A stretch of 60,558 nucleotides of DNA from an uncultured Pseudomonadota bacterium (GCA_964609335.1 CAZSRQ010000001.1:1-60558), one strand, 5' to 3'; counted from the stretch's first letter, positions 37,312 through 47,634 are shown. Numbers and translations: made by a program. The notes: generated by a model not told the origin, from the letters alone.

Positions 37312-38178
37312 ATGGCTACATTAAACGTCATTAAAAAAAGAATTGTCAGTGCTCGTAATACGCAGAAGATTACGAAAGCGACCAAAATGGTTGCCGCTGC
37401 GAAACTTCGTCGCGCGCAAAACGCCTTGATTCAAGCTCGTCCTTACGAAGCTCATCTGGCCGATGTTTTAAAACGGCTGGCGGCGCATCTTAACGAAGAA
37501 GATTCTCCCTATTTACGAAAATCTGAAAATGAAGAGGTCGCAGAATTGATGGTTTACAACTCCGATCGTGGACTTTGCGGCGGATTTAACTCCAATCTTC
37601 TCCGAAAAGTTCAATTCTTTCTGAATTTTGAAACCAGGCAATATACAAAAACAGAAATCACCTCGATCGGAAAAAAAGGGCGCGATTTTTTCAAGGCGAG
37701 AAAAGTTCGAGTCAAACAAGAACTCACCGGGCTCAATGAATCCTTTGATTTTTCAAAAGCACTTGAGCTGGCGAATGAGTTTTTAAAAAGATTTGAACAG
37801 GGAGAATTCACCGCTTTATATCTTGCCTATAATGGATTCAAGTCGGCTATCTCCCAGGAAATTCGTATTCGAAAAATTTTACCTTTGGAGATCGATCGTT
37901 CCTCGACCGAAGAGGTTTTACTTCCAGTGATTTACGAACCTTCAGCCGTCGAACTTTTTCATCAACTTCTCCCCCGCTATCTCGCAAGCCAATTTTACTT
38001 GGCTCACCTAGAATCTCAGGCTTCGGAGCTGGGAGCAAGAATGTCTGCGATGGAAAGTGCAACCAACAATGCAAAAGAGATGATCGGGATGCTCACTTTG
38101 CAATATAACCGGGCTCGCCAAGCCTCAATCACCAAAGAGTTGATGGATATTGTCAATGGAGCAGAAGCTTTAAAATAA
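37312..38178 (+). CDS. atpG: F1 ATP synthase subunit gamma
   Basis: MATLNVIKKRIVSARNTQKITKATKMVAAAKLRRAQ and a C-terminal RQASITKELMDIVNGAEAL. Confidence 0.9.
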   Translation: MATLNVIKKRIVSARNTQKITKATKMVAAAKLRRAQNALIQARPYEAHLADVLKRLAAHLNEEDSPYLRKSENEEVAELMVYNSDRGLCGGFNSNLLRKVQFFLNFETRQYTKTEITSIGKKGRDFFKARKVRVKQELTGLNESFDFSKALELANEFLKRFEQGEFTALYLAYNGFKSAISQEIRIRKILPLEIDRSSTEEVLLPVIYEPSAVELFHQLLPRYLASQFYLAHLESQASELGARMSAMESATNNAKEMIGMLTLQYNRARQASITKELMDIVNGAEALK

Positions 38179-38192
38179 AAAGAGAGGGATCT

Positions 38193-38495
38193 TTGAAATA
38201 TACTTTTGAGTGGGATCCGAATAAGGCACGAAAAAATTTGCAAAAACACAAAATAAGTTTTGAATATGCTGCTGAGGTTTTCCTGGATCCATTTGCAATA
38301 TCTGTTTTTGACCAGGAACATAGTGAAAATGAAGATCGCTGGATCACTATTGGAAAAAATAAAAACGAATCGGTATTGGTAATCATTCATACTTTTCTGT
38401 ATCAAAATGAAAACCAATGTCACATCCGAATGATTTCTGCCAGGAAAGCGACTCAAAAAGAGACGAAACAATATCAACGAGAGGGTCAACGATGA
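38193..38495 (+). CDS. brnT: BrnT-family (DUF497) type II toxin
   Basis: 100 aa with a TTG start. YTFEWDPNKARKNLQKHKISFEYAAEVFLDPFAISVFDQEHSENEDRWITIG is the classic BrnT/DUF497 pattern. Confidence 0.75.
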   Translation: MKYTFEWDPNKARKNLQKHKISFEYAAEVFLDPFAISVFDQEHSENEDRWITIGKNKNESVLVIIHTFLYQNENQCHIRMISARKATQKETKQYQREGQR

Positions 38496-38692
38496 AAAAA
38501 GAATATGATTTCTCTAAAGGAGAAAGAGGGAAATTTTATCGATCTGGAATAGAGTTAGATCTTCCTGTCTATCTTGAGCCGGACGTTGCTGAATTCGTAA
38601 GAAAATATGCAAAGAAAAAGAAAATAGATTCACAAAAAGTCATTAATGAATGGTTGCGAAACGATATTAAAATCATACGATCGATTTTATAG
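38492..38692 (+). CDS. cognate antitoxin (BrnA-like, 66 aa)
   Basis: The ATG overlaps the brnT TGA (ATGA). MKKEYDFSKGERGKFY is a common antitoxin N-terminus. The longer track ORF from 38417 lies inside brnT and is rejected. Confidence 0.6.
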   Translation: MKKEYDFSKGERGKFYRSGIELDLPVYLEPDVAEFVRKYAKKKKIDSQKVINEWLRNDIKIIRSIL

Positions 38693-38704
38693 TCTTCATT
38701 TTAA

Positions 38705-40144
<1,440 letters not shown>

Positions 40145-40148
40145 GAAT

Positions 40149-40231
40149 AGAAGACAGAAGTCAGAAGACAGGAGTCAGAACAAAGAAGAAAAATCATTCT
40201 TCTGATTTCTGTCTTCTGACTTCTGTCTTCT
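40149..40231. repeat. 32-bp-stem hairpin (AGAAGACAGAAG-type), family D
   Basis: AGAAGACAGAAGTCAGAAGACAGGAGTCAGAA pairs with TTCTGATTTCTGTCTTCTGACTTCTGTCTTCT; the two mismatches are G-U compatible. It occupies 83 of the 97 nt between atpD and atpC. Confidence 0.8.
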
Positions 40232-40241
40232 GATTTCTCAT

Positions 40242-40499
40242 ATGAAACTAAACATCGCCACTCCCAAAAAAAGTTTTCCCTCTGTCGAAGTCAAAGATGT
40301 CACTTTGCCGACTGAAGAAAAAGGTGAAATCGTGATTTTACCTGGACATGCACGATTGCTTTCAAAACTCGGAGTCGGAACTCTCACCTATCACTCCTCG
40401 TCCGAACAAAAACAGCTCTCGATTTCAAATGGAGTTGTCGAAGTCAAAGAAGATCAAATCACTGTTCTTGCTGATGAAGCCGAATGGAAAAACTCCTAG
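40242..40499 (+). CDS. atpC: F1 ATP synthase subunit epsilon, short form (beta-sandwich domain only)
   Basis: 85 aa. LNIATPKKSF...GEIVILPGHARLLSKLGVGTL...ITVLADEAE is followed shortly by a stop. The usual C-terminal helical hairpin is absent. Confidence 0.8.
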   Translation: MKLNIATPKKSFPSVEVKDVTLPTEEKGEIVILPGHARLLSKLGVGTLTYHSSSEQKQLSISNGVVEVKEDQITVLADEAEWKNS

Positions 40500-40566
40500 T
40501 GCTTGTTCCATTTAATTTCAATGGATAACCTCCAAAAACATTAAATGGATTACAAGCAGTTGTGCC

Positions 40567-41379
40567 GTGACCATAAGTGAAAATAAAATGGATAGGGTAT
40601 TAAATAAACTCGAATATCGTTTTGGAAGATATGCGCTCGCAAACTTCACTTATTATTTAGTCGGCGCGCAGGCGATCGTCTTTGTTTTAAATATTATGCA
40701 ACCTGGGTTTGCAAACTTGCTCACTCTCGATAGTCATCTGGTAAAACAAGGAGAGCTTTGGCGACTACTCACCTGGCTTTTCATTCCTCTTTCCGATAGC
40801 CCGATCTGGATTCTGTTTTCACTCTATTGGCTTTATCTCATGGGGACTGCACTGGAGAGCCATTGGGGAGCTTTTAAATACCAGATTTACTGGTTCACCG
40901 GCATTTTGGGGACCACCCTCTTCGCATTTATTTTGGATATTCCGGTGACTAACAGCTATCTGCTGATGTCGCTCTTCTTCGCCTTCGCAACGCTCTGGCC
41001 CAATTATGAACTGATGATTTTTTTCATTTTACCGGTCAAGGTAAAATGGCTCGCCCTCTTAAGCGGAGCGACTCTGCTTTATATGGTGGGAGTTCTTCCG
41101 CTCACCTATAAAATCATCCCGATTTTAGCGGTCGGAAACTATTTTTTATTTTTCACCTCGACCCTTATTCGAATGGTTCGCCAAGGTTTTTTCCGAGCTG
41201 GCCATGCCAAAAAATTTCACCAGTTTAAACAATCAGTCAAAGAAAGCGAAATCGGTGAACGACATTGCCCAATCTGCGGAATTACGGATGCAGATAAAAC
41301 AGCTGAATTTCGGGTTTGCAATTGTGAAAAATGCGGAAAGCCGACGGAATATTGCATCAAGCATGCTTGGGAACATTAA
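40567..41379 (+). CDS. rhomboid-like polytopic membrane protein with a C-terminal Cys4 zinc-ribbon; catalytic Ser/His not evident
   Basis: GELWRLLTWLFIP...LYLMGTALESHWG resembles the rhomboid WR/TM2 signature. GILG stands where GxSG is expected. The C-terminus is CPICG...CNCEKCG. Confidence 0.4.
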   Translation: MTISENKMDRVLNKLEYRFGRYALANFTYYLVGAQAIVFVLNIMQPGFANLLTLDSHLVKQGELWRLLTWLFIPLSDSPIWILFSLYWLYLMGTALESHWGAFKYQIYWFTGILGTTLFAFILDIPVTNSYLLMSLFFAFATLWPNYELMIFFILPVKVKWLALLSGATLLYMVGVLPLTYKIIPILAVGNYFLFFTSTLIRMVRQGFFRAGHAKKFHQFKQSVKESEIGERHCPICGITDADKTAEFRVCNCEKCGKPTEYCIKHAWEH

Positions 41380-41388
41380 AAAGAATCA

Positions 41389-42048
41389 TTAAATACCTTT
41401 TAAACCAACTCCTCTTTGATGAGAAATCTCTCGAATTTGAGGAAGTTCGCTTTTTAAAGCGGTTGCTCGCGTTGATGCAAGTGGATGATCAAGCCTACCT
41501 TCTATAAATGATGCCGTTTGACCAGTGTTAGCAATCTCCTGTTGCTGAGCTGGAATTTCCCGTTCAACTACTTCTACCGCTTTTTCTGGATTAAATTTTG
41601 CCTGAGAAATTCTTTGTAATGCATTTCTATCTGATCGCATTTCTAATGATCTTTTAAATGCCAATAATTGTGGATTGTTCGAATCTTCAGCTACTCCAAG
41701 CTCTTTGGCTTTTTGTGCAACAGCATCTTGATCGTTATTGACGCAATGATCAAACTCATGCGCGACCACAAGTGCCAATTCATCATTATTTTTAACAGCT
41801 CCGGGTGAACCTTTTTGAAATAACCCAGCTCCAACAGTCACTTCACATTGACCACTTTCTTTATGTGCTTGCGCCCCACTGTTTTGAGGATTTGGATCAA
41901 ATTTGAATTTGAAACGATCTTTAGAATAATAATCTGGATTTCCAGTAACAACTCGATCGGCAACTTTTAGAAGTCTTCCACGAGGATCTTCTCGAGAATC
42001 TAAGAAATTTGTCACTTTAGTCCATATTTTACCTAAACCAAGCTCCAT
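41389..42048 (-). CDS. putative zinc metallopeptidase (HExxH, M48-like)
   Basis: 219 aa. LALVVAHEFDHCV, and downstream SLEMRSDRNAL resembling the E..AD segment of M48 peptidases. The gene is more AT-rich than its surroundings. Confidence 0.45.
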   Translation of the reverse strand: MELGLGKIWTKVTNFLDSREDPRGRLLKVADRVVTGNPDYYSKDRFKFKFDPNPQNSGAQAHKESGQCEVTVGAGLFQKGSPGAVKNNDELALVVAHEFDHCVNNDQDAVAQKAKELGVAEDSNNPQLLAFKRSLEMRSDRNALQRISQAKFNPEKAVEVVEREIPAQQQEIANTGQTASFIEGRLDHPLASTRATALKSELPQIREISHQRGVGLKGI

Positions 42049-42251
42049 ACGTTGCTTTCCTCCACTGTACTTTATTAAGCAACTTAGATACCAAAATATA
42101 AAATTTGGAATTTATCTACTATTTCAGGAGGTTGTATAAATTTGCAATCCACTTAAAATAAAACTATGGAGACAAAACACATCATTTATATCGGTTTTTG
42201 GATAATTTCTTGACCTTTTTAAGAGATGCCAGTTAAACAATCTACAATTTC

Positions 42252-42325
42252 AGGCGCGTAGCTCAGCTGGTTAGAGCACTGCCTTCACATGGCAGGGGTC
42301 ATCGGTTCAAATCCGATCGCGCCTA
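42252..42325 (+). tRNA. tRNA-Val (anticodon CAC)
   Basis: Hand-folded cloverleaf: acceptor AGGCGCG/CGCGCCT, D stem GCTC/GAGC, anticodon stem CTGCC/GGCAG with loop TTCACAT, 5-nt variable loop, T stem ATCGG/CCGAT with loop TTCAAAT, discriminator A. CCA is not encoded. Confidence 0.9.
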
Positions 42326-42514
42326 TTTCCTCTTAAAATATTTTAAATCCTTCCAACGTAGAATTTTTATAACCTATTGAAATTACTATATAAAATAAAT
42401 AATCCTTATTTATCATCAATTCTTTAAATCGGTATTGATAGAAAACGAAACAGGGTGCTAAGGCTTTTGAAAGGCTCTTATCCGTTTATCAGTCGTCGAG
42501 GTTAAAAAAATTTT

Positions 42515-43003
42515 ATGACTCAATCCAAATGTGTTCGATCATCGAAAAAAATTAGAACCAATCGTCAAAAACGATCGAGAGAATTGGTAACTGTTCGCTC
42601 AAAAGTTTCTCCCCAACTTGCCTGGATTTATCCCTATTTAAAAAAAGCAAAAGTAAAAATGCCTTCGCTGATGTTACCCAAACAGGTTCGTCCGTTTAAA
42701 CCGACACGAAGCAAGATCATGAGAGTATTGGGGAATGTTTATTTCGCAAAAAAGGTCATTGTCATCGCCACCCATACGCAGGTAACATATTTAAGTAAAA
42801 AGGGTGAATTGAAGGTAAAAAAGATTATCAAACTTCCAAAATCGAGAATGTTAGATACGCTGGCGCATGAGCTGGCGCATTTCAAGTATCCTGAACATGG
42901 TTATGAACATGAGCAGTTTACCAAGATAATCTTCAAAACTTTCAACCTCACCGAAAAATGCCCACACTGCCGAGGGAGTGGGAAAAAACGAATTGGGGGG
43001 TAA
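42515..43003 (+). CDS. basic protein with a SprT/DUF45-like HExxH...H metal site and a C-terminal CxxC
   Basis: 162 aa. LAHELAHFKYPEHGYEHEQF and CPHCRGSG. The N-terminus is very Lys/Arg-rich. Confidence 0.4.
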   Translation: MTQSKCVRSSKKIRTNRQKRSRELVTVRSKVSPQLAWIYPYLKKAKVKMPSLMLPKQVRPFKPTRSKIMRVLGNVYFAKKVIVIATHTQVTYLSKKGELKVKKIIKLPKSRMLDTLAHELAHFKYPEHGYEHEQFTKIIFKTFNLTEKCPHCRGSGKKRIGG

Positions 43004-43006
43004 ATT

Positions 43007-43861
43007 ATGTTTCGAGGGGGGAATCAAGGAATTCTGTTCCTTTTTTTTGTCTTTGCAACTGTCACTCATCTTTTCTCATTTCAGGTTTCCGCCGTAGAAA
43101 ATAGTTCTCCAAGTTCTGATCGAATTAATCTTAAAAAACTGACCGCAAACAAAGAAGATTTCAATTCCTTGAAATCCGCTTTTGAAATTTACACTCGGCT
43201 GATTCCTAGCAACCCGCAAGACTACGAATTACGCGTAGAAGGAGCCGACGATGTCTATTATCTCGCCAGCCTGAGCAGTGATAAATACGAAAAAAAGAAT
43301 TATTTGAATACCGGAATTGAATGGTCACAACAGGCGATCGCCTTGCAACCGAATAAAGCGGGTGGCCATTTTTACTATGGAATTTTAACCGGCTTAAAAG
43401 CGGAGGTAAGCGGAATTCTGGTCGGTTTAAAAAGCAAAGATATTATCAAAGAAGAAATGGAAAAAGTGGTTCAGATCGAACCAAGTTATTCAAATGGCGA
43501 TGCGCATCTCGCTTTAGGACGGTGGTATATGCAGGTTCCCTCTTTTATAGGTGGGAGTATTACTCTAGCAAAAGAACATCTGCAAAAAGCGATCAATATT
43601 GCGCCTAATAGCACTAAAGCCCGTGTCGCCCTCGCGGAGCTTTATGCGAATGACTACCAATACGATCAGGCAAAAGCAGAAATTAATAAAGTGCTCTCGA
43701 CTCCGCTAACCGCCACTAACTCGTTTGAAATCAAACGGGATAAAGCCGATGCAACTAATTTATTAAATAAAATAGATAAAAGGCTTTCCCAACCGACTCG
43801 CGGATATCAACAGAGCAATACAAGAACTTCTATCAACGGGCCTGCATCCGATGAACAGTAA
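43007..43861 (+). CDS. TPR-like repeat protein with an N-terminal signal/anchor
   Basis: 284 aa. Hydrophobic N-terminus GILFLFFVFATVTHLFSF, and helical-repeat segments such as AKEHLQKAINIAPNSTKARVALAELYANDYQYDQAKAEINKVL. Confidence 0.5.
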   Translation: MFRGGNQGILFLFFVFATVTHLFSFQVSAVENSSPSSDRINLKKLTANKEDFNSLKSAFEIYTRLIPSNPQDYELRVEGADDVYYLASLSSDKYEKKNYLNTGIEWSQQAIALQPNKAGGHFYYGILTGLKAEVSGILVGLKSKDIIKEEMEKVVQIEPSYSNGDAHLALGRWYMQVPSFIGGSITLAKEHLQKAINIAPNSTKARVALAELYANDYQYDQAKAEINKVLSTPLTATNSFEIKRDKADATNLLNKIDKRLSQPTRGYQQSNTRTSINGPASDEQ

Positions 43862-43954
43862 TCTTTTCACCCAAACTTATTTTTAAGGATCACCACTTGA
43901 TTTGTTATACTTTTTTATTTTAGGGATTAAATATCTTAAAAATTGGAGGTAAAA

Positions 43955-44194
43955 ATGAGCACTAATTCACTGATTCAATCTGATCCTTCCATTATGATGG
44001 GAAAACCTGTTGTTCGCGGAACACGTATTACTGTCGAGTTTATTTTGGAAAAACTTGCTGCTGGAGAAACCATTGAGCAAATTCTCAACGCACATCCTCG
44101 ACTCACAAAAGAATCTATATTGGCCTCTTTAGATTTTGCTGCCCAGGCTCTGCGAGCAGATGTTGTTTATCCAACTCCAGAAAGAGCTGCATGA
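43955..44194 (+). CDS. DUF433-family antitoxin-like protein
   Basis: DPSIMMGKPVVRGTRITVEFILEKLAAGETIEQILNAHPRLTKESI is the typical DUF433 pattern. GGAGG RBS precedes the ATG at 43955. Confidence 0.7.
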   Translation: MSTNSLIQSDPSIMMGKPVVRGTRITVEFILEKLAAGETIEQILNAHPRLTKESILASLDFAAQALRADVVYPTPERAA

Positions 44195-44544
44195 ATCTTC
44201 TTGTCGATGAAAGTGTTGACTCGCCTATTGTGAAAGAACTGCGCGCCGGAAACTATTCAGTAATTTATATTGCAGAATTAGAGCCAGGTATTCCAGATGA
44301 AGTCGTTTTGAAATTGGCTAATGAAAAAAATGCTTTGTTGATCACGGGAGACAAAGATTTTGGAGAACTCGTATTCAGACAAAAATTAGTTGATTCGGGA
44401 GTAGTTCTTCTAAGATTGGAGGGATTGTCGATAAATGCAAAGGCAGATATTGTCATAAAAGCTTTGCGTCATTATGAAAATGAAATGGCTTCTGCTTTCA
44501 CCGTAATCTCCGCAGGAAATATTCGAATTCGTAAAAAAGAGTGA
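44191..44544 (+). CDS. DUF5615 (PIN-like) toxin-like protein
   Basis: LLVDESVD...ALLITGDKDFGELVF is a typical partner of DUF433. Its start overlaps the DUF433 stop (ATGA). Confidence 0.7.
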   Translation: MNLLVDESVDSPIVKELRAGNYSVIYIAELEPGIPDEVVLKLANEKNALLITGDKDFGELVFRQKLVDSGVVLLRLEGLSINAKADIVIKALRHYENEMASAFTVISAGNIRIRKKE

Positions 44545-44553
44545 TTTCATAAA

Positions 44554-45492
44554 ATGATTTTTCCGCCTGCATTGATTGTTCCCTCTCTGCTCAAACCAAT
44601 TCGACTCGATTCCTATTTAGTCCATTATTTTCCCAAAACCTCGAGAACCTTCTGGAAAAAAAATCTTCAAAAACTAGTTCGCTTGAATGGGCGAGTTTTT
44701 AAAAAAGGAATTTTTCTCAAAGGAGGAGAAAAGTTATCCTTTGAAACGAATTGGAATGAATCTATTCAACCTGATCCGAAAATAAAAATTAAAGTTATTT
44801 TGGAAGATCCTAATTTCTTAGTAGTTGAGAAACCGACTGGAATCGCGGTTCATCCACTCTCTGTGGAAGAAAAAGGAACTTTGATTCAGGGAGTTTTGTC
44901 GGAGTTTCCCGAAATCGCCTCAATCGGAAATTCTCCCTTAGAAGGAGGATTAGTTCATCGCCTCGACAACGAGACTTCAGGGTTATTACTCATCGCCAGA
45001 ACCAAAGAAGCTTATCAATTTTTCCGAGAAGAATTTAAAAAAAGAAAAGTTGAAAAAGAATATTTAGCGCTAGTCGTGAGGAAAATGGATGCGAAAAAAA
45101 TTCCGCTTAATGGAAAAATAGATTTGCCGATCATTCACCATCCAAAAAATAAAAAGAAAATGAAAGTCGTTGAAAAAGATTCATCAAATCTAAAAAAACA
45201 AACAGCAATTACTTTATTTTCTATCGAGAAAACTTTTAAAAATTTCACTTTACTCAAAGTAAAAATATTGACGGGAGTAAGACATCAAATTCGTGCCCAC
45301 CTCTCTTTCTTAGGTTTTCCGATTGTTGGAGACAAACTTTATGGTGGAGAAAAAATAAGTTTCAAAAATTTTGAGAGAATTTTTCTACATGCAGCAAAGT
45401 TAAAGTTTAGACATCCACAGAATAATAAATGGGTTGAATGCCATTCCGCCTTATCAAAAGATCTATTCTCCTTTTTAAAAACTGCGTCATAA
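44554..45492 (+). CDS. RluA-family 23S rRNA pseudouridine synthase
   Basis: The catalytic motif HRLDNETSGLLLIART, GVRHQIRAHL and an S4-like N-terminus. Confidence 0.8.
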   Translation: MIFPPALIVPSLLKPIRLDSYLVHYFPKTSRTFWKKNLQKLVRLNGRVFKKGIFLKGGEKLSFETNWNESIQPDPKIKIKVILEDPNFLVVEKPTGIAVHPLSVEEKGTLIQGVLSEFPEIASIGNSPLEGGLVHRLDNETSGLLLIARTKEAYQFFREEFKKRKVEKEYLALVVRKMDAKKIPLNGKIDLPIIHHPKNKKKMKVVEKDSSNLKKQTAITLFSIEKTFKNFTLLKVKILTGVRHQIRAHLSFLGFPIVGDKLYGGEKISFKNFERIFLHAAKLKFRHPQNNKWVECHSALSKDLFSFLKTAS

Positions 45493-45534
45493 TTTTTTAG
45501 AACTGCGTCATAAAGTTGGAATAGTGCGTCATTT
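45481..45534 (+). promoter_or_regulatory. three direct repeats phased exactly 21 bp apart (putative protein-binding array)
   Basis: ACTGCGTCATAA at 45481, ACTGCGTCATAA at 45502 and AGTGCGTCATTT at 45523. The first copy overlaps the rluA-family stop codon. The array lies 165-220 nt upstream of the 45700 ORF. Confidence 0.5.
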
Positions 45535-45699
45535 ATTTTTCGCAACTTTCTTCTATTCTCGCCGAGAATCTAATTAGAACCACAAAAAATTAATTCATCC
45601 ATTCTAATATTTAAAGGAGCACAAATATCAGAAAAAAATCTTACATGCTCTTCCGAATCAGCGACTCGATTAAATGTTTCTGAACTTCAATCCTACTTC

Positions 45700-47634
45700 A
45701 TGCCTGCGACTTCATTAGGGGATGGTGATTCTATCGTTCATCTTTCCGATATCGATCCTCTTCATCCTGAGCATTTGAGTTCTACCTTTGCGTATTATTC
45801 TCAAGTTTATAATCCACTCGATAAAAATAAAAAATTTAGCGCCCTAAGCTTAAGACAACAAAAACGTGCTGAACTCACTCGAATGCTATGGAACAATCTC
45901 CAAGAACTGCGTCAAAGAATAGATTCTTCCGCGTCAAATCCACCGACTCCTTTTAGCTCCCTGAGCAAAGATGCTGCCTCCCAATCAATCTATTCTCTCT
46001 GGTATTTGTTGAAATGCCAGTATGGAGAAAAACTTCAAACAATATTCCCAGAAAAGAAACTTGTTAAAACCGCTGTTGTAGCTGGCGATAGCGGCACAAC
46101 ACAAGCACTCAATGAATTATTGAAAATTGCAGGGTATAAGGGCGCTGTTGGCTTCGTTGATTTAGATCAGTTGAGCTATTTCAATGTCTTGTTTGGATTC
46201 AATACAGTTTATGAGAATCCCGATTCGAATATGCTTGTGCATCGTTTTTCAGGCGCAACGCTCGGTCCAGATTTTATTTCAGAAACGAGAATCATTGATC
46301 CATTTGACGCAAAATTCAATCTTTCTATCATCAGGGATGGATTCATTAAACCTGCTCTTCAAAGAGATTATAAAACCGGACAAACTCATTTAGATTATTT
46401 GATGGATGAATTTAAGAAGAGAATGAAGAGTTCTCTCTCATCTTCCTCTGCTCCTCTTTTTCAGATCAGGCTGGGTGGAAACAACCTAATCGATTCAATG
46501 GTGGGGAACGAACGGATCGATCGGTCGCGAATTCGAACCTATACAGAAGAACTCGATCAAAAAACGCGATCCTTAGTCGATGAATATCCAGGGATTTTAA
46601 GGGTGTTTACGCTTCCCCCCGATATTTCTTCTATCATTTTAAGAGAAATCCGTCCTGAGAATAAGATTTATACAGAAGATGGAAAGCAACTGACCGAGGG
46701 ATATACCATTCACTCCTGGTTTGAAGAAAAAGACCCGAAATCAGGAAAAGTACTTATCCCCAAAAATATGATTTTCTCTCAAGCGACTTATCAAAGGTTA
46801 AAGAGGGAGTATGCTGAACTCCATCGCACCATCCAAGAAACCTTAGAACCTCTTGGTTGGACGGTTCTAAATTCAAGCAACGATTTCTCTAATCGAATCC
46901 TCAAAGAGGGATTATCGGTGGATCAACTCGAAGGATTTGGCAAGGTTGATCTCTCTGGACTGGAGGATCTTCTAACCGCTGATGGACTTCATCCAAAGCC
47001 GATCACTGCTTTGGGAATGGCTCTCATCGAAGCTTGGGAGTTGGGTCAACATGGAGTTGCCGTAAGCTTCCATCCTACAAACTATTTTCAAGCGGCCGAT
47101 GAAATCATTTTGGAAGAGCTTAAAAGAATCGTGCGTCAAAACCCATCGCAATGGTTCTCGGATCTACGAATGCCTAAACAAAAAATCCTAAAACTTAAGG
47201 AAGGATTGAAAACCGTTTCTCTGAATTTTTCAACTTTAGAAACCGTTCTCTCTCCTTACTGGGTTTATTTTGATCGCGAACATTTAGTACAACTTTTAAA
47301 GTTGCTGAGCCCTTCTCTTCATTCCCTCTCCTTCGAGAAGGAAGCTATGGAAGAGTATAGACATCTCTCTTCGAAAGAATCCATCTCTCCCGTTGAAGGA
47401 GAAAAACTCCAAAGACATCAATTGACTCATCTTATCCGAAAAAAAATGAAAGATTTTTTGGAAATGGAGCAACCGCAAACGCTATCAAAAATTCTTAAAA
47501 TTGTTTACGACCAACTGGAACGGAAAGAGGAGGAATATTCAAGAGGAATAAACTCGTCAAAAACTTTTTTTGAAGGAACTGTTTATTCTTACACTCCGTT
47601 TTCAAAGAATTTTTATCGATGGATCAGAGCATAA
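45700..47634 (+). CDS. hypothetical protein (644 aa), no family recognised
   Basis: Long ORF with no SD at the ATG. An AAAGGAG at 45613-45619 lies in the same open frame (open from 45574) but has no canonical start codon after it, so the start is uncertain. Confidence 0.55.
   Translation: MPATSLGDGDSIVHLSDIDPLHPEHLSSTFAYYSQVYNPLDKNKKFSALSLRQQKRAELTRMLWNNLQELRQRIDSSASNPPTPFSSLSKDAASQSIYSLWYLLKCQYGEKLQTIFPEKKLVKTAVVAGDSGTTQALNELLKIAGYKGAVGFVDLDQLSYFNVLFGFNTVYENPDSNMLVHRFSGATLGPDFISETRIIDPFDAKFNLSIIRDGFIKPALQRDYKTGQTHLDYLMDEFKKRMKSSLSSSSAPLFQIRLGGNNLIDSMVGNERIDRSRIRTYTEELDQKTRSLVDEYPGILRVFTLPPDISSIILREIRPENKIYTEDGKQLTEGYTIHSWFEEKDPKSGKVLIPKNMIFSQATYQRLKREYAELHRTIQETLEPLGWTVLNSSNDFSNRILKEGLSVDQLEGFGKVDLSGLEDLLTADGLHPKPITALGMALIEAWELGQHGVAVSFHPTNYFQAADEIILEELKRIVRQNPSQWFSDLRMPKQKILKLKEGLKTVSLNFSTLETVLSPYWVYFDREHLVQLLKLLSPSLHSLSFEKEAMEEYRHLSSKESISPVEGEKLQRHQLTHLIRKKMKDFLEMEQPQTLSKILKIVYDQLERKEEEYSRGINSSKTFFEGTVYSYTPFSKNFYRWIRA

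Noticed and set aside
38417-38491. The longer 91-aa version of the antitoxin ORF.
   Set aside because: The extra 25 codons lie entirely inside brnT in another frame. The ATG at 38492 gives the classic ATGA toxin-antitoxin overlap and a typical MKKEYDFSKG antitoxin N-terminus.
45905-47143. Additional TGCGTCAA(A) matches inside the 644-aa ORF (about 45908, 45931 and 47134), considered as further binding sites.
   Set aside because: They coincide with Arg-Gln/Ala-Ser codon pairs (CTG CGT CAA, GTG CGT CAA, GCG TCA AAT), are not phased, and are plausibly chance or codon-driven.
42326-47634. An integrated mobile element or prophage at tRNA-Val.
   Set aside because: No integrase, recombinase, transposase or phage structural gene is present, and I could not find a direct repeat of the tRNA 3' end downstream. 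It is kept only as a low-interest note on accessory-like content.
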